Shown: piece after piece, positions 46,713 to 56,717 of the stretch
How positions within the stretch are numbered: the stretch's first letter is position 1
Layout of the letters: each line of letters starts with the position of its first letter
Assembly (NCBI RefSeq): GCF_003704095.1
Contig: NW_020846470.1
Location: forward strand, 73,725-137,724
From: Pocillopora damicornis
Lineage: Eukaryota
Direction: 5' to 3'
Length of the DNA: 64,000 nt
Made by a program: the position numbers and the translations under genes
Notes under the pieces: generated by a model
What the model was told of the DNA's origin: nothing
Databases searched by the model: none
Seen by the model: only the letters and a program-made list of their open reading frames with translations

Positions 46713-49700
46713 TTAGTGGGAGAGTGTAACAGGGTAATTTAGTATATCAAGTGAGTTGTTGACGTAAATTGGCCACCGTTAAGAGTTTCAAAGCTGACGT
46801 TTTGAGCGTTAACCCTTCGTCTTTCGCTCTGATGAAGGGCTAACAGAACAGAATACCCGCTGAAAACGGTGGATCTTATTTTGTAATGCATACCTGACTG
46901 AAGTAGTTCAACAACCCTTGAGTGACTGGAACAAAACGCACTGTAAAGCTTGAAATGTTCCGTGTAGTTGAAAAATGTCTCTCCGATCGTGTATATAACG
47001 TTCTGAAAGTAAAATAACGCTAAATAAGACACCTTACAGATATGGGAATCTCGCGTAGGGTTCTAATTAATTCTTAACCCTATTAGATCTTCACGAAGTT
47101 TACGACACAAAAAGGAATCTCCCGTCGAATTTCATTTTTATGCAACTTAGCGAAGAAAATGATTGAGGATTCTATTGCTTCTCCTCTAATACTACAATGA
47201 GTATGGTCAAGAGCCACTCTTCCAACCAATCAGATACAAAACAAGAACCACTCGCGTCTTGGTCTCTTACTTTTTTCCTGCGCTCAAGGCACGTGACATG
47301 AATTGAGTCCTTAGCGGCTTCTTGTGCTGGCATCATTTTTTTTTTCTAATTGGCCGCGGTAATAACTTTGGTTTTGTTTGTTGAACACTCAATCGAAAAG
47401 TGCACTTTCATGTTATGGCCTCATAGTTAAAAAGTAGACTCCTAAGATACCTGAAATTGTTCAACGGCACTGAACTCTTCAAATCCAGTCTCTGTTTCTA
47501 CTGGCCTTTCAATTTCCTTAAGGAATTTCACTTGAAACTCTAATATATCATGAACAGTCGACACTAACGCTTGAACCTTGATTGGGGCAGAATTAGAATG
47601 AAAAAAACGTCAGTGAAATGGTATAACACCATTAAATAATTGACTTAAAGAACGAGAAAGAGAGAGAGAGAGAACGATTTTCACTAGAAAATTGTAGCAT
47701 AAGCCTACCTCTGATTGTGACATGAAGTTTTCATCTTTCATGGGGTCAAGATAACGTTTAAGTAAAAGTCTCAGATCCTAAAATTAAGCATTAATATATA
47801 TTTATTCATACGTTTTTTGATTTTTAAGGGAAAATGTTGTACATCAATACAAACGAAACTTTGTAGCAGGACATTTAAGGAAAAAGATGCACCAGAAGCC
47901 ATGTTGTTTTCATCGCCAACGTGAGAGTTACTCATGAAATTATTCGACTGACCGCCCTGTTAGACCACAAAGAGTGACTAACTGTTACCAGATTGTCTTC
48001 AAATAAGCTGAAGCTTTGACCGTGACTATGGAAGCCGACATTAAAAACACTTGAGCAATCTGGACGCACACACAAAACCACAACACAGATAACACCAGCT
48101 GTTGCTAAAACTATCGCAAAAAATAACCACTACAGTCAAGAATTCCTATGTCTATAGCTTTTCACTGTTCAAAAAGATTGCTTATAGCTGGGAAAAAAGA
48201 GACTTTGCTGCGTCAGAGGTGAGTGGCCAGGTAACTAAGCTTGATTCACAATGGTGGCGCGAATTCGCGAATATTCACGCGAATTGGTGGCCGCGTCGTG
48301 AAATCTCCGGCGGGAAAGTTTTTGGCGGGAAAACCACGTTGTCTGTACAAAACCTCTGCTTTCTATTTTTTGTTTTAGCAGTTCTTTTTTTTTTCCTTCG
48401 AAAGAATAATTTGTGGATGTCGTTCATGTTTACCTTCACGTAAGATCTTTCTGTGTCGACAAGTTCAATGATAACTTTCCGCAGCTTTTGTGCTTGGCTA
48501 AGACGAACACTCGGCTTGGGTTCTTCGTCGTCTGAGTATTCCACCTGCCGCCTACAGAACAGCGTTACCTGTTCAGCACGCTGTGTGTGAACAAGAAAGA
48601 GAAAGAGTTAATTGTTGTTAATCGTCGAGTTTTGGACATAGCATTTAACCCGACAAAATAAAGACAACCCACGAATGAAGGCACTGAAATGTTCGCTAAC
48701 CAGAAGTTTTGGGCAGTAGGTAAGCTTATTTGAAAGGCGACACGCACACCATTTGCAAATAACAATAAAATTATAACACGACAACATGAATTCTACATGA
48801 CTTTAAAATCTAAGACAGTTCCAGTAAATATACAGTTTGACTAAACAATGCAGTTTCGCCTGGCAGACGGTTCTGCACTACGGTTAGCTTTTATTGTATT
48901 ATTAAAGCTAGACAAAGAAGGTACCTGAAGAAGTTCGTCCACACTCTTGCCGGATGGTATTGACGAAGGACTACTCAGGTCTTCGGTATAGCTTGTGATA
49001 ACGCTTTCCGTATCCACTGCAGAATCTTCGTCGAAAGCTACGACAACAATACATAAATAAATAGCAAGACCAAATTACTTTCAAAATTAATCCTGAAGGT
49101 AACTACTTCGCCTAAATTGGTGTTAATTAAAACCTCTATGGAACGACATCGCCATGTTTAAAGTCACTTCAAAACACAGAAGAAGCAAACATTAATCATG
49201 ACGGAAAAAGGATGGCTAAGAATGAAGAACATTTAAAAAAATAATAGTTAATGTAGAATTTGTAAAAATTTCCGCTATATTTTTCAAGAAGTCCAAGCTG
49301 TAACGAATTTAATTCCTTCCAGCTTTTCCATTAAAAACTCTTTGGTTCCTTACATAGGACACTCCTCATAAGGACATCTTTGGTGACGCACATACACACT
49401 TAAAAACTTGAGTTAAAAGCATAAATATATATTTCTACTTCAATTTATAAAGAAAAGCCCTGGGAAAATCACTCACATTGAGGTGGAGGAACAATGAGGT
49501 CACTCAGATCTTGCTCAGGAATTGTATCACTGAAAGAATAGGAAAACTGAAGCTATTAACGTTAAAAGTGACTACAAAAAATGATCAAAATTCTTGCGCC
49601 TTAAACATCTACGGTAACTAATTGTTTGCATTTCCACAACCCTATTACACAATATAAAAGTTTGGTGTAGTTGACTTTCTTGAGCAACATTTGTCAGCAT

Positions 49701-52700
49701 TTGTCATCATCAAGTTACATTTACCAACATCCAAACAGAGTACATCCGATGGAAAAGTAGCAATCTAATGAAGGCTCAAAAGATTTAAAGTGAAATTAGA
49801 GCCCAACCTACTTGTAATAAATACCATACCGTGAGGATTAAACATTGTAATAATATGACAACTTAAACTTTTTTATTAGCCCTTTTCTCATCAAATTGCC
49901 CTAGAGTGTTCATCTGTCTATATGTACATTGTGTCTCATCCAACAATACATGCGACTTGCAAATGTAAAACAATGCGCAATCCTCCTCTTCTCTTTTTCG
50001 CTAACTGCTCGGTTGTTACCTTATTTTAGGAGGCGGCTGAACAACAAGACTGGTGATAATGGCATCTGATGTCACCTTATTTGCCACTGGTGGTTCATCA
50101 CGGCATGAACGCAGTAACAAGGTAATGGATGGGTCTAGAAAAGAACAAAAACCCACATGATCCTTTCTGTAGTTTACATGATGTAGCTATCAAGATTCCA
50201 CAGTGTGATCTCACAGTTCAAAGAAAGACATTAATCAAATGTTGATGCATACCCTTAAGCGCTTCTCTGAGATCTTCCACTGCATTTTCTACTTCTTCTA
50301 CTTTAATATCATTTACAGCAAGAATTTCATCTCCAGCCCTAACACCTGACATAAAAAATTGCTATTAGTCAGTTTACAAGTTCCTAATAAGTATTTACCT
50401 GTACACTAAGTATTCATTGACTCCACATATGAGGAGCTAAAATGCCTCCCAAAATGGTAACCCTTCCTGAGAGTTCTTTATTTTGTAGTTCTTTGCTTAC
50501 CTTGAACATGTGCTAATCTCCCTTCCTCAACTGAGCTAACCACAATGCCTTCATCCTTACTCTCCACTGATATACCTGAAAAATTTGTATTTAATATTTT
50601 TAAAAGCATGTTATAGGAATCAAACATGCTAGATTGCAGTGCCTCATAAAAACATACTGTACATGAAAGCAGGCACAGTTTTTATCACAACTTGATATTT
50701 AGAGTTCTGACCATACATGCCTTAACAACTTAATTAACAACAAAACACGTGTAGCATTCGACTCAATAAGAACTTGCACCCCAGAGAGCAACACAATGAC
50801 AAACAAATACTTGATAAATACATTAAAAATAAAACGACATAAATGATTTTTTATGCACCAAAATATTTCATGAAACATATCTTATAAAAAATAAAAATCA
50901 TAAGTACAACTTGCTCAGATGTCTACATGTCACCTACCAAAATCAAGCCTATCAATCTCCATTGAACGTTCCAACTCTATAGTAAAAGTACACTTCTCAC
51001 ATAACCTGAGACAGTTATAGTTCTGTTGACAGAAAATCATAAAGTCAAGAGTAAAGATACTTGAGCAACCATTTTAATTCAATGGTAAAGTCATTTGACC
51101 ATCAAAAGATAATATGTATCTTAAGGCTTTACTAACATGACTCTCTAGCAAAGAATCCTGGAGGGGAATGGTGTAGTCTGCAATAAAAAAAAAGTTAAAA
51201 GAATTTATTTTGATAAATCAACACAGTAAAGTTGACAAAACTATATAAAAATAATCATAGTATTGTGTTTTGTTTATCAAGAGATTTTACAGATAAATAA
51301 ATCATTACTAGTAGTACAATTTGACCATACAAGTAAATTAAACTGTTTTATTATTTGCATTTAACAGCTACCCTTATTTTGTATGCTTATGTTGATTAGG
51401 GTAAACATTACTTAATCATTTAAATCAATAACTAACAAAGATGCACACTTGACTGCTTTACGGATCCTTTGTTTAAGCTTAACTTTCACTACTTTAGATT
51501 TTGGAAAATTTCTTAATTGAGAGCAAAAGATGATACTGATAACATTTTCTGAAAACCAGTTTTTTTTCCTTACCTGTTACACCTGAATCATCTTCTAATC
51601 CGAGTTTAAGGTAATAGGCCTCTGGGTTCAGTTGACGTTTGCTACAAGTATTTTCAACCACCTCTAATATAGTCATTTCATTGTGTAAAGGTATTACAGT
51701 GCTTTGATTGTTATCCAAGCTGATGCGGAGAAAGTTTCCAAGGTTTTTCCAGTCTGAGTGACTTGATGATAAAGAGCTGCTCTCCACCAAGGCACCTTCC
51801 TCTTCTGGCATATCATCTATGCTATCTAAGTTCGGTTGCAATTGTCTATGGGAAAAAAGGGAGTAATTAATAACATTCAATTAAGAGGCAATACAAGTTC
51901 TTTGAGGGTACGTTTATCTGAAGTGGTCACTCCTACCGTTTTAATCTTGGTGTTCCAGAACCTTTTCCAGAGTAACGATCCCTGATAGACTTAACACTTG
52001 CTGCATCATTGATTCTCAGTGATGTAAGCAAAGCACTTTTCAGCTTGCCTACAGAGCTAGCTGATCTCTTTGCTTTGTTCCTTGTTTTTACTTCTGCGTC
52101 AGTGCTCGGGTCTCTAGCACTTACAACAGCATGGAATGACATAACTGAAAAGATATTTAGTCTTGAAAGGATCTGTTTTGTGTTTCTTGAAACACAAGCT
52201 AGAAGTGTCTGAGGATTGGGTAATTGGCTGCCTTGGATGGCTGCTGTGTAGCACTGAAGCCGATAGAAGTCAATGTTGAGCTGTTCTAAGTTTTTATCCC
52301 ACTTTGATATCTGTAGACAAAATACTGGTATCATTACCCAGGTTTTAAAGAAGAAATCCTCTTTTCTTTAGTTATTTGCAATGGGCATAATTTCAGGCTG
52401 AAATGCTACCCACTGAAAATTAAAAATTTGCATTTTTTTAATATTTCACCATTGCTAAGATTAATCAAACATCTAGGTGAACCAAGATTGTTTCACTCTA
52501 AACAAATCTTGTGTTCAGTTAACAAATTTTCAGTGACTCCGAAATTAAGTTTGGTACTGAAGTTATGTCTACATACCAGTCACATCATGTATTCCATGCA
52601 GTCACCTGTATATTAAAAATATCTTCATTCATGTATTACAACTTCAGCTGGCATTAACTTTGGACAGTTCACCTGATCAAGAAAGGCCTGTTTATTCTTG

Positions 52701-55700
52701 GAATCAGTAACAACAGTGGACTGTAACTCTGCCATTTTCTTAAGTTTGGAATCCGAAGATATTTTCTTTTCAACTCTACTGATCTCTGTTGTAAGAATAC
52801 GTAGCATTTCATGCTTTCCCTTCTGTCCTGCTCCTGCCAGGACTGATGCAGCCATTGAATGTATTGCTGTTATCCAGTTCTCAAGATCGGTCTGATTAGA
52901 TGCCTTGAAATGGAACCAATTGGGAAACAAAAATTATTTCATTGTTTTCATCCAAAGTCTCCCTGATTTAAAATTTTTCAAACCACCTCCTCATAGTTTC
53001 TGTTTTGGTTTCATATTACAAAAACAAACATATAAGATCTAGTGCCAAACATTTTCTAATGCAGGTAAAGCTAGGACACAATTTCTACCATATATACAAT
53101 TAAAGAAAACTAAATAAAAACAAGGCTGTTGCAGCTACACTGTAAGAAGTTCATATAGAACTGGAAATTGGATTGTTTTTTGATGTGGGGCAATGTTGTT
53201 CTACTATTCATTCATATACATACCAAACCCTTTATGTCATGTCTTAAACTTAATTAACCCTCATACCACTCAAAGATGGTTAGGTTGTTCAGGCGAATTG
53301 TAAACATACATATTTTCCTGACACAATTTTCTCCATTTTCTTAAAAATTCAAATGTAGTCAATCATTTAATGATGAAAGAAACTTTACCTGGAAGAAGTA
53401 TCCTTCCCCAAGTCTGGAGCTAACACTAAACACATGATCTAACTTGGCATGTTCTGGCACAGCTTGGGCAACACAGCCATCAATTTCCAATGAAAAATTT
53501 GGTTCATCCAAATCCTGGGGACTTACAGTCTTTTCATTGCAAAAATAAAAATTCAGGGCACCACTTTTGAGTGACACCCAACATTTTCGCCACTTCCTAT
53601 CTGATGCCTGCTCCACTTTGCTTGTCTTTACTCTTACAAGGACATGTTTTACAGACAGCCAGCCTGCCTTACGAGTTGCACCCCCCTGACGTGACTGAGC
53701 AATTCCTGACTGTGGTTTCAAGTCTGTTCCACAGCTACTATTAAGGTCTCCTTCATCATGAAATGAGGCACAAATGTCCTAGAAATGAAAAAAATAATTA
53801 TGTTTTAAGCATGATAAAGTGGGTGTGAATTTTGAAAAGTTAACAAGAAATATATAAAATTGCATAGTTTTAATTGTCCGTAACACTGCATCGTGGAATC
53901 AAGTTTTAATGGGATTTTAGTTCTCCATAGGAACAACCTAATGTTACTCAGCACAAAGATTAAACTGTCAAGTAAAATCTGAGGAAGAAGAGACTGTACA
54001 CAGTATGAACTGATGATGAATGATGAAGCTGTCCTCCTCTGTGTTTCTCCTTTGTCTTACTTTCTTCCAAGTTTTCCCACAGCAAAGAGCCCCTAAGCAT
54101 CTTAGAAGAGGCACCTTCACACACGTATAGTAGTGGATTGATTTGTGTGCCTTAGTGACTTTTAATATATCACTAAAAAAATTAGGAAAATCATTAATTC
54201 CTCAGGCTTTACATGAAGGAAGCCTGAATGGAAGCAAAAGAAAAATTTGAAGGACAAATTTCCAGAATCATCCACTTACCACAGGTCTGTCATTAGCATT
54301 CAAATCAGCAACAGTCTTAAAGTAGCTCATTTCCAAGTCATCCACATCAGATAAGTTACTCCTGGAACTAACTGAGTAATCTGAGTCACTGGCAACAGAT
54401 AAGCGTGAAGAAAGATGGTTTTCATGAGAAGGTGAAATATGAGTCATATTACGAGAGTCAAGTGAATCACTACCAACATCTTCCATGCCAAATCCACTGT
54501 CAGGGTCACCATTGCTTTGTAAACGGGGTATTGGTGTACTTGTGCGAGAACTGATAGGAGTATGTGTTTCTGTAGCTACAAGGGTACTGCTGGACTGGTA
54601 GTGGTCACCAATGTTATTACAGAGAGTACCATTGATTGGAGATTTGTTTTTTAAATCAGTGTCATTAATCTGGATTGTTGGTGTATCAGAACTCCCTTGG
54701 CTATCTTTCCTTGATTGTAACTGCAAGTGAAGAAAACACAGAGTTACTTTTATAGTTATTATAATAGCCCATGACAAAGTATGAAGACTTCTTAAGGACT
54801 TTGATTGCTACCATCAAGCTTTTTTAAACTCCCAAGATCTAATTGTTAATTCTTCCCTATAGCTGCTACACATTTCCTTGTAAAGTAGTCACAAGAATTT
54901 GTTGTCAGATCAAGAGAACAACCTCTTCCAGATAATAGGGTAAATAGGTATTATCAACTGAGTTGGTAACATAAATTGGCCACCATAAAGAGTTTTAAAG
55001 CTGATGTTTTGAGCATTAGCCCTTTGTAAGAGCAAATGAAAAAGGGCTAAGCTCAAAATGTCAGCTTTAAAACTCTCCATGGTGGCCAATTTATGTTATC
55101 AACTCAGTTGATAATACTTATTTAATTACCCTGCTATCCTCTCCCACCAGCAAGGCACCATAGTTTCTCTAGAAACTTACCCCCTTTATTCTTCCTGGTA
55201 AGTTGAGTATTTTCATCACCCATTTAATTTTCTGGATAATGTATGGAATATAATAGGGAGAAGTTACATGTTTATCACTTCTGGGAGTTTATGGGATAAG
55301 TATTGAACACTGAAGTGACAACACAAAAACACTTCATTTTTAGCTGCCTTTTCTTTGCTTTGGAAGCTGTTTAAATAATTTGATCAGAGTTTGGAATAAC
55401 ATTTCTATTAATTTATTGAAAGCTTCTAAATGCCATCACTGCTTGTGGATTGTAGTAATTTGACTTTGACTGAAACAAACCTGAGCCAACTTTCACAAAA
55501 AACAACAAAAAAAAAACCCACAATCACAAAGCTAAAAGAAACAAGAAGATACCTTGGTCTGTCCACCTGATTTTGGCTGATTGGTCAGTGATAGATTTGA
55601 TGATGATGTGGTTGATGTGGAACGCACCCGTCCAGGCTATTAGCAACACAACACATTGTTCAGAGAAAACTATGGCTATATTTACAGTACATCCAATCAA

Positions 55701-55960
55701 TAATGATGACACTGGTTTTCACATCAACAATTATTTATACCTAATTGTTTTTATGTTCAATGCAACAATGATTAATATATAAAAGAATACTCTTTACCAG
55801 CCACTAGATTGTTGCTTGGTAAATGATTACTTACAGAGATAAAAAGGTGACATATGTAACATAAAATATCATACTGAACATATTCTGAACAATGACACAT
55901 ACACTGCAAAAATCTAAGAACTTCTGAGCTTCTTCTTCTGATACAAAGTTCAGTCCCCAT
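42313..55960 (-). CDS. TIAM: TIAM/Still-life (SIF)-type Rac guanine-nucleotide exchange factor, gene span, at least 24 coding exons (PHn-CC-Ex, RBD, PDZ, DH, PHc)
   Basis: Several diagnostic blocks match TIAM1/2 nearly word for word. PHn reads [13 protein letters not shown]...[20 protein letters not shown]...[16 protein letters not shown]...[15 protein letters not shown]. It is followed by a coiled coil, an RBD, a PDZ ([54 protein letters not shown]) and DH motifs ([60 protein letters not shown]). The final PH helix is [18 protein letters not shown]. Confidence 0.75.
42955..43035. repeat. Family A MITE partial copy (arm plus tail), in the TIAM-like 3' region
   Basis: ctttacggtggccaaatcacataac...ccaccgacgcagcatcacagcttctttagaaacttacc. 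Confidence 0.45.
44320..44470. repeat. Family A MITE half-copy plus tail
   Basis: gggctaacgctcgaaacgtcagcattgaaactcttgacggtggccaatttacgttttgtattcagttaataacactaattacc ... ccaccgacgcagcactacagtttcttaagaaacttaccccc. Confidence 0.55.
44801..44935 (-). CDS. TIAM: TIAM-like candidate C-terminal PH domain exon
   Basis: Acceptor is cagcatag|AT CGG CTG, 135 nt open, protein (D)[44 protein letters not shown](G), donor TTC G|GTAAGA. It is in phase with the preceding candidate exon. Confidence 0.4.
45370..45442 (-). CDS. TIAM: TIAM-like candidate exon (DH-PH junction), separated from the previous exon by a putative 52-nt intron
   Basis: Only an in-frame junction keeps the ORF open: [24 protein letters not shown](G). 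Donor is CTA G|GTGAGG. The acceptor (aaaaaag|) is weak. Confidence 0.35.
45495..45607 (-). CDS. TIAM: TIAM-like exon (end of DH)
   Basis: Acceptor is cattttcag|, protein (E)[37 protein letters not shown], donor GAG|GTAAAT. Confidence 0.6.
45705..45787 (-). CDS. TIAM: TIAM-like DH exon 6 (CR3 helix)
   Basis: Acceptor is ttatttgcag|CGC GTA, protein [27 protein letters not shown](G), donor TTA G|GTAAGG. The frame follows the supplied ORF track (see the rejected-items note on a possible base miscount). Confidence 0.6.
46159..46253 (-). CDS. TIAM: TIAM-like DH exon 5
   Basis: Acceptor is tttttttttccag|, protein (G)[31 protein letters not shown], donor CAG|GTGAAA. Confidence 0.7.
46725..46850. 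repeat. Family A MITE half-copy, in inverted orientation relative to the 44320-44470 copy
   Basis: ggtaatttagtatatcaagtgagttgttgacgtaaattggccaccgttaagagtttcaaagctgacgttttgagcgttaaccc...gggctaac. Confidence 0.55.
46894..47002 (-). CDS. TIAM: TIAM-like DH exon 4
   Basis: Acceptor is ttttactttcag|, protein [36 protein letters not shown](G), donor TCA G|GTATGC. Confidence 0.7.
47451..47576 (-). CDS. TIAM: TIAM-like DH exon 3
   Basis: Acceptor is ccccaatcaag|, protein [42 protein letters not shown], donor CAG|GTATCT. Confidence 0.65.
47709..47777 (-). CDS. TIAM: TIAM-like DH exon 2
   Basis: Acceptor is aattttag|, protein [23 protein letters not shown], donor GAG|GTAGGC. Confidence 0.65.
48434..48580 (-). 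CDS. TIAM: TIAM-like DH domain exon 1
   Basis: Acceptor is cacacacag|CGT GCT. Protein ...[36 protein letters not shown] (the DH CR1 helix). Donor is GTG AAG|GTAAAC. Confidence 0.7.
48925..49037 (-). CDS. TIAM: TIAM-like linker exon (acidic/Ser-rich)
   Basis: Acceptor is ttgtcgtag|, donor CTT CAG|GTACCT. Protein (S)[37 protein letters not shown]. Confidence 0.55.
49477..49529 (-). CDS. TIAM: TIAM-like linker exon (candidate)
   Basis: Acceptor is ctattctttcag|, donor CAA T|GTGAGT. Phases are consistent (2 in, 1 out). Protein [18 protein letters not shown]. Confidence 0.45.
50020..50134 (-). CDS. TIAM: TIAM-like exon (end of PDZ / linker)
   Basis: Acceptor is ttctag|AC CCA TCC. Protein (D)[38 protein letters not shown]. 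Donor is ATA AG|GTAACA. Confidence 0.55.
50253..50345 (-). CDS. TIAM: TIAM-like PDZ exon c
   Basis: Acceptor is tttatgtcag|GT GTT AGG. Protein [30 protein letters not shown]. Donor is AAG G|GTATGC. Confidence 0.65.
50501..50575 (-). CDS. TIAM: TIAM-like PDZ exon b
   Basis: Acceptor is tacctgaa-side cag|GT ATA TCA. Protein (G)[24 protein letters not shown](G). Donor is CAA G|GTAAGC. Confidence 0.65.
50938..50995 (-). CDS. TIAM: TIAM-like PDZ exon a
   Basis: [19 protein letters not shown](G) aligns with the start of the TIAM1 PDZ (HSIHIEK...YGFSL). Donor is TTT G|GTAGGT. The acceptor (tgtgag|AAG TGT) is tentative. Confidence 0.45.
51137..51177 (-). CDS. TIAM: TIAM-like candidate 41-nt micro-exon between RBD and PDZ
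   Basis: Acceptor is tttttattgcag|, donor CAT|GTTAGT. It restores the phase between the RBD exon (phase 1 out) and the PDZ exon (phase 0 in). Support rests only on phase and splice signals. Confidence 0.3.
51574..51845 (-). CDS. TIAM: TIAM-like exon 7 (Ras-binding-domain-like ubiquitin fold)
   Basis: Acceptor is ttttttcccatag|. The sequence ...[51 protein letters not shown] has an RBD-like pattern. The chosen donor is ACA G|GTAAGG. An alternative donor 9 nt upstream (TCA G|GTGTAA) is possible. Confidence 0.6.
51937..52310 (-). CDS. TIAM: TIAM-like exon 6 (Ex region)
   Basis: Acceptor is tattttgtctacag|ATA TCA AAG TGG. Donor is AAA CG|GTAGGA (phase 2). Open frame [19 protein letters not shown]... 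Confidence 0.6.
52640..52903 (-). CDS. TIAM: TIAM-like exon 5 (PHn C-terminal helix plus coiled coil)
   Basis: Acceptor is ccatttcaag|GCA TCT AAT. The exon reads [24 protein letters not shown]...[31 protein letters not shown]. The 3' donor (GTT|GTAATA) is tentative. Confidence 0.6.
53389..53778 (-). CDS. TIAM: TIAM-like exon 4 (N-terminal PH domain, first part)
   Basis: Acceptor is tttcatttctag|GAC ATT. Donor is TTC CAG|GTAAAG. The exon contains [13 protein letters not shown]...[17 protein letters not shown]...[27 protein letters not shown], which matches the TIAM1 PHn nearly motif for motif. Confidence 0.75.
54280..54720 (-). CDS. TIAM: TIAM-like exon 3 (Ser-rich N-terminal region)
   Basis: Acceptor is cttcacttgcag|TTA CAA TCA. 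Donor is CCT GTG|GTAAGT. 441 nt in frame ([14 protein letters not shown]...[23 protein letters not shown]...). Confidence 0.6.
54950..55190. mobile_element. Palindromic MITE-like element (family A), full copy, in the TIAM-like gene's upstream region / 5' intron
   Basis: Near-perfect foldback: caactcagttgataacataaattggccaccat.gagagttttaaagctgacattttgagc...gctcaaaatgtcagctttaaaactc.ccatggtggccaatttatgtta.caactcag. A tail follows: ctctcccacc.gcaaggcaccatagtttctctagaaacttaccccc. Partial copies lie at 7661-7750, 42955-43035, 44320-44470 and 46725-46850. Confidence 0.6.
55553..55636 (-). CDS. TIAM: TIAM-like exon 2 (Ser/Thr-rich)
   Basis: Acceptor is ctaatag|CCT GGA. Donor is ACC AAG|GTATCT. 84 nt, phase 0 on both sides. 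Confidence 0.5.
55835..55960 (-). CDS. TIAM: TIAM-like exon 1 (start MGTELC..., possible N-myristoylation signal)
   Basis: ATG at 55958-55960. Donor is ATC TCT|GTAAGT. Vertebrate TIAM1 also begins MG..., and Gly2 with a small residue at position 6 fits the myristoylation consensus. Confidence 0.5.
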
Positions 55961-56717
55961 GCATGACTCTCTGTAAATTTAGTAAAATTAAAAAAAAGCA
56001 TATCTAGATTAGATTAAAAAAAAAGCATTCCAAGATTAGAGCATGATTGATCTCACAGTGTATAAAAGGTCAGTAATCATATCACTTCATGATACATTAT
56101 TTTACATGCTTTTGCTGAGAGGAAAAATAGATTTCAATAAATTTTCAAAATTCTCAGGTTAACATTATTTTTACATTGAACAACATCAATTGAAAGATAT
56201 CACTCATAATGAATAGGTAACCATGTTAGAGAGGCAATTTTTCAAATTACTTTTAATTAATACTTACTTGATTTACGATTTCTCCACTGCACAAAACACT
56301 CAGATGTCTTCTTGAGCCGAATTTCTGAAAAAGTTTTTAAATTTTAAAGTTATAAGATTAATATTACATGCAAACACTTACAATATCCAGGATTTCTCTC
56401 ATAAATATTCTACCTGTAATGTTGTCAAGTAACAAGAAATGTAATAAGTAACAAAAGGAAGAGGGTGAAGGTTTAGATAATAGTGATACAAAAATTTCTA
56501 TAGTGCCCTATTCTAGAGCTCTAAGGCGCTTTACAATAAAATGTTTAAAGCAGTAACTTAGTAAATAATAAATTCAAAAAATACTACAGTAAAACTACAA
56601 ATTAAAATAGCACTTAAAAAGATAGGTCTTTCTTAAAAGATGTAAGATTTAAACTACATTTTATATGCTCTGGAAGATTATTCCAAAGTTTAGGGGTACA
56701 GACTGAAAAAAGCATGA

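Noticed and set aside
47644-47666. (AG)n microsatellite and the poly-T/(TTG)n tract at 22079-22110
   Set aside because: Ordinary short simple repeats in introns. Noted but not interesting.
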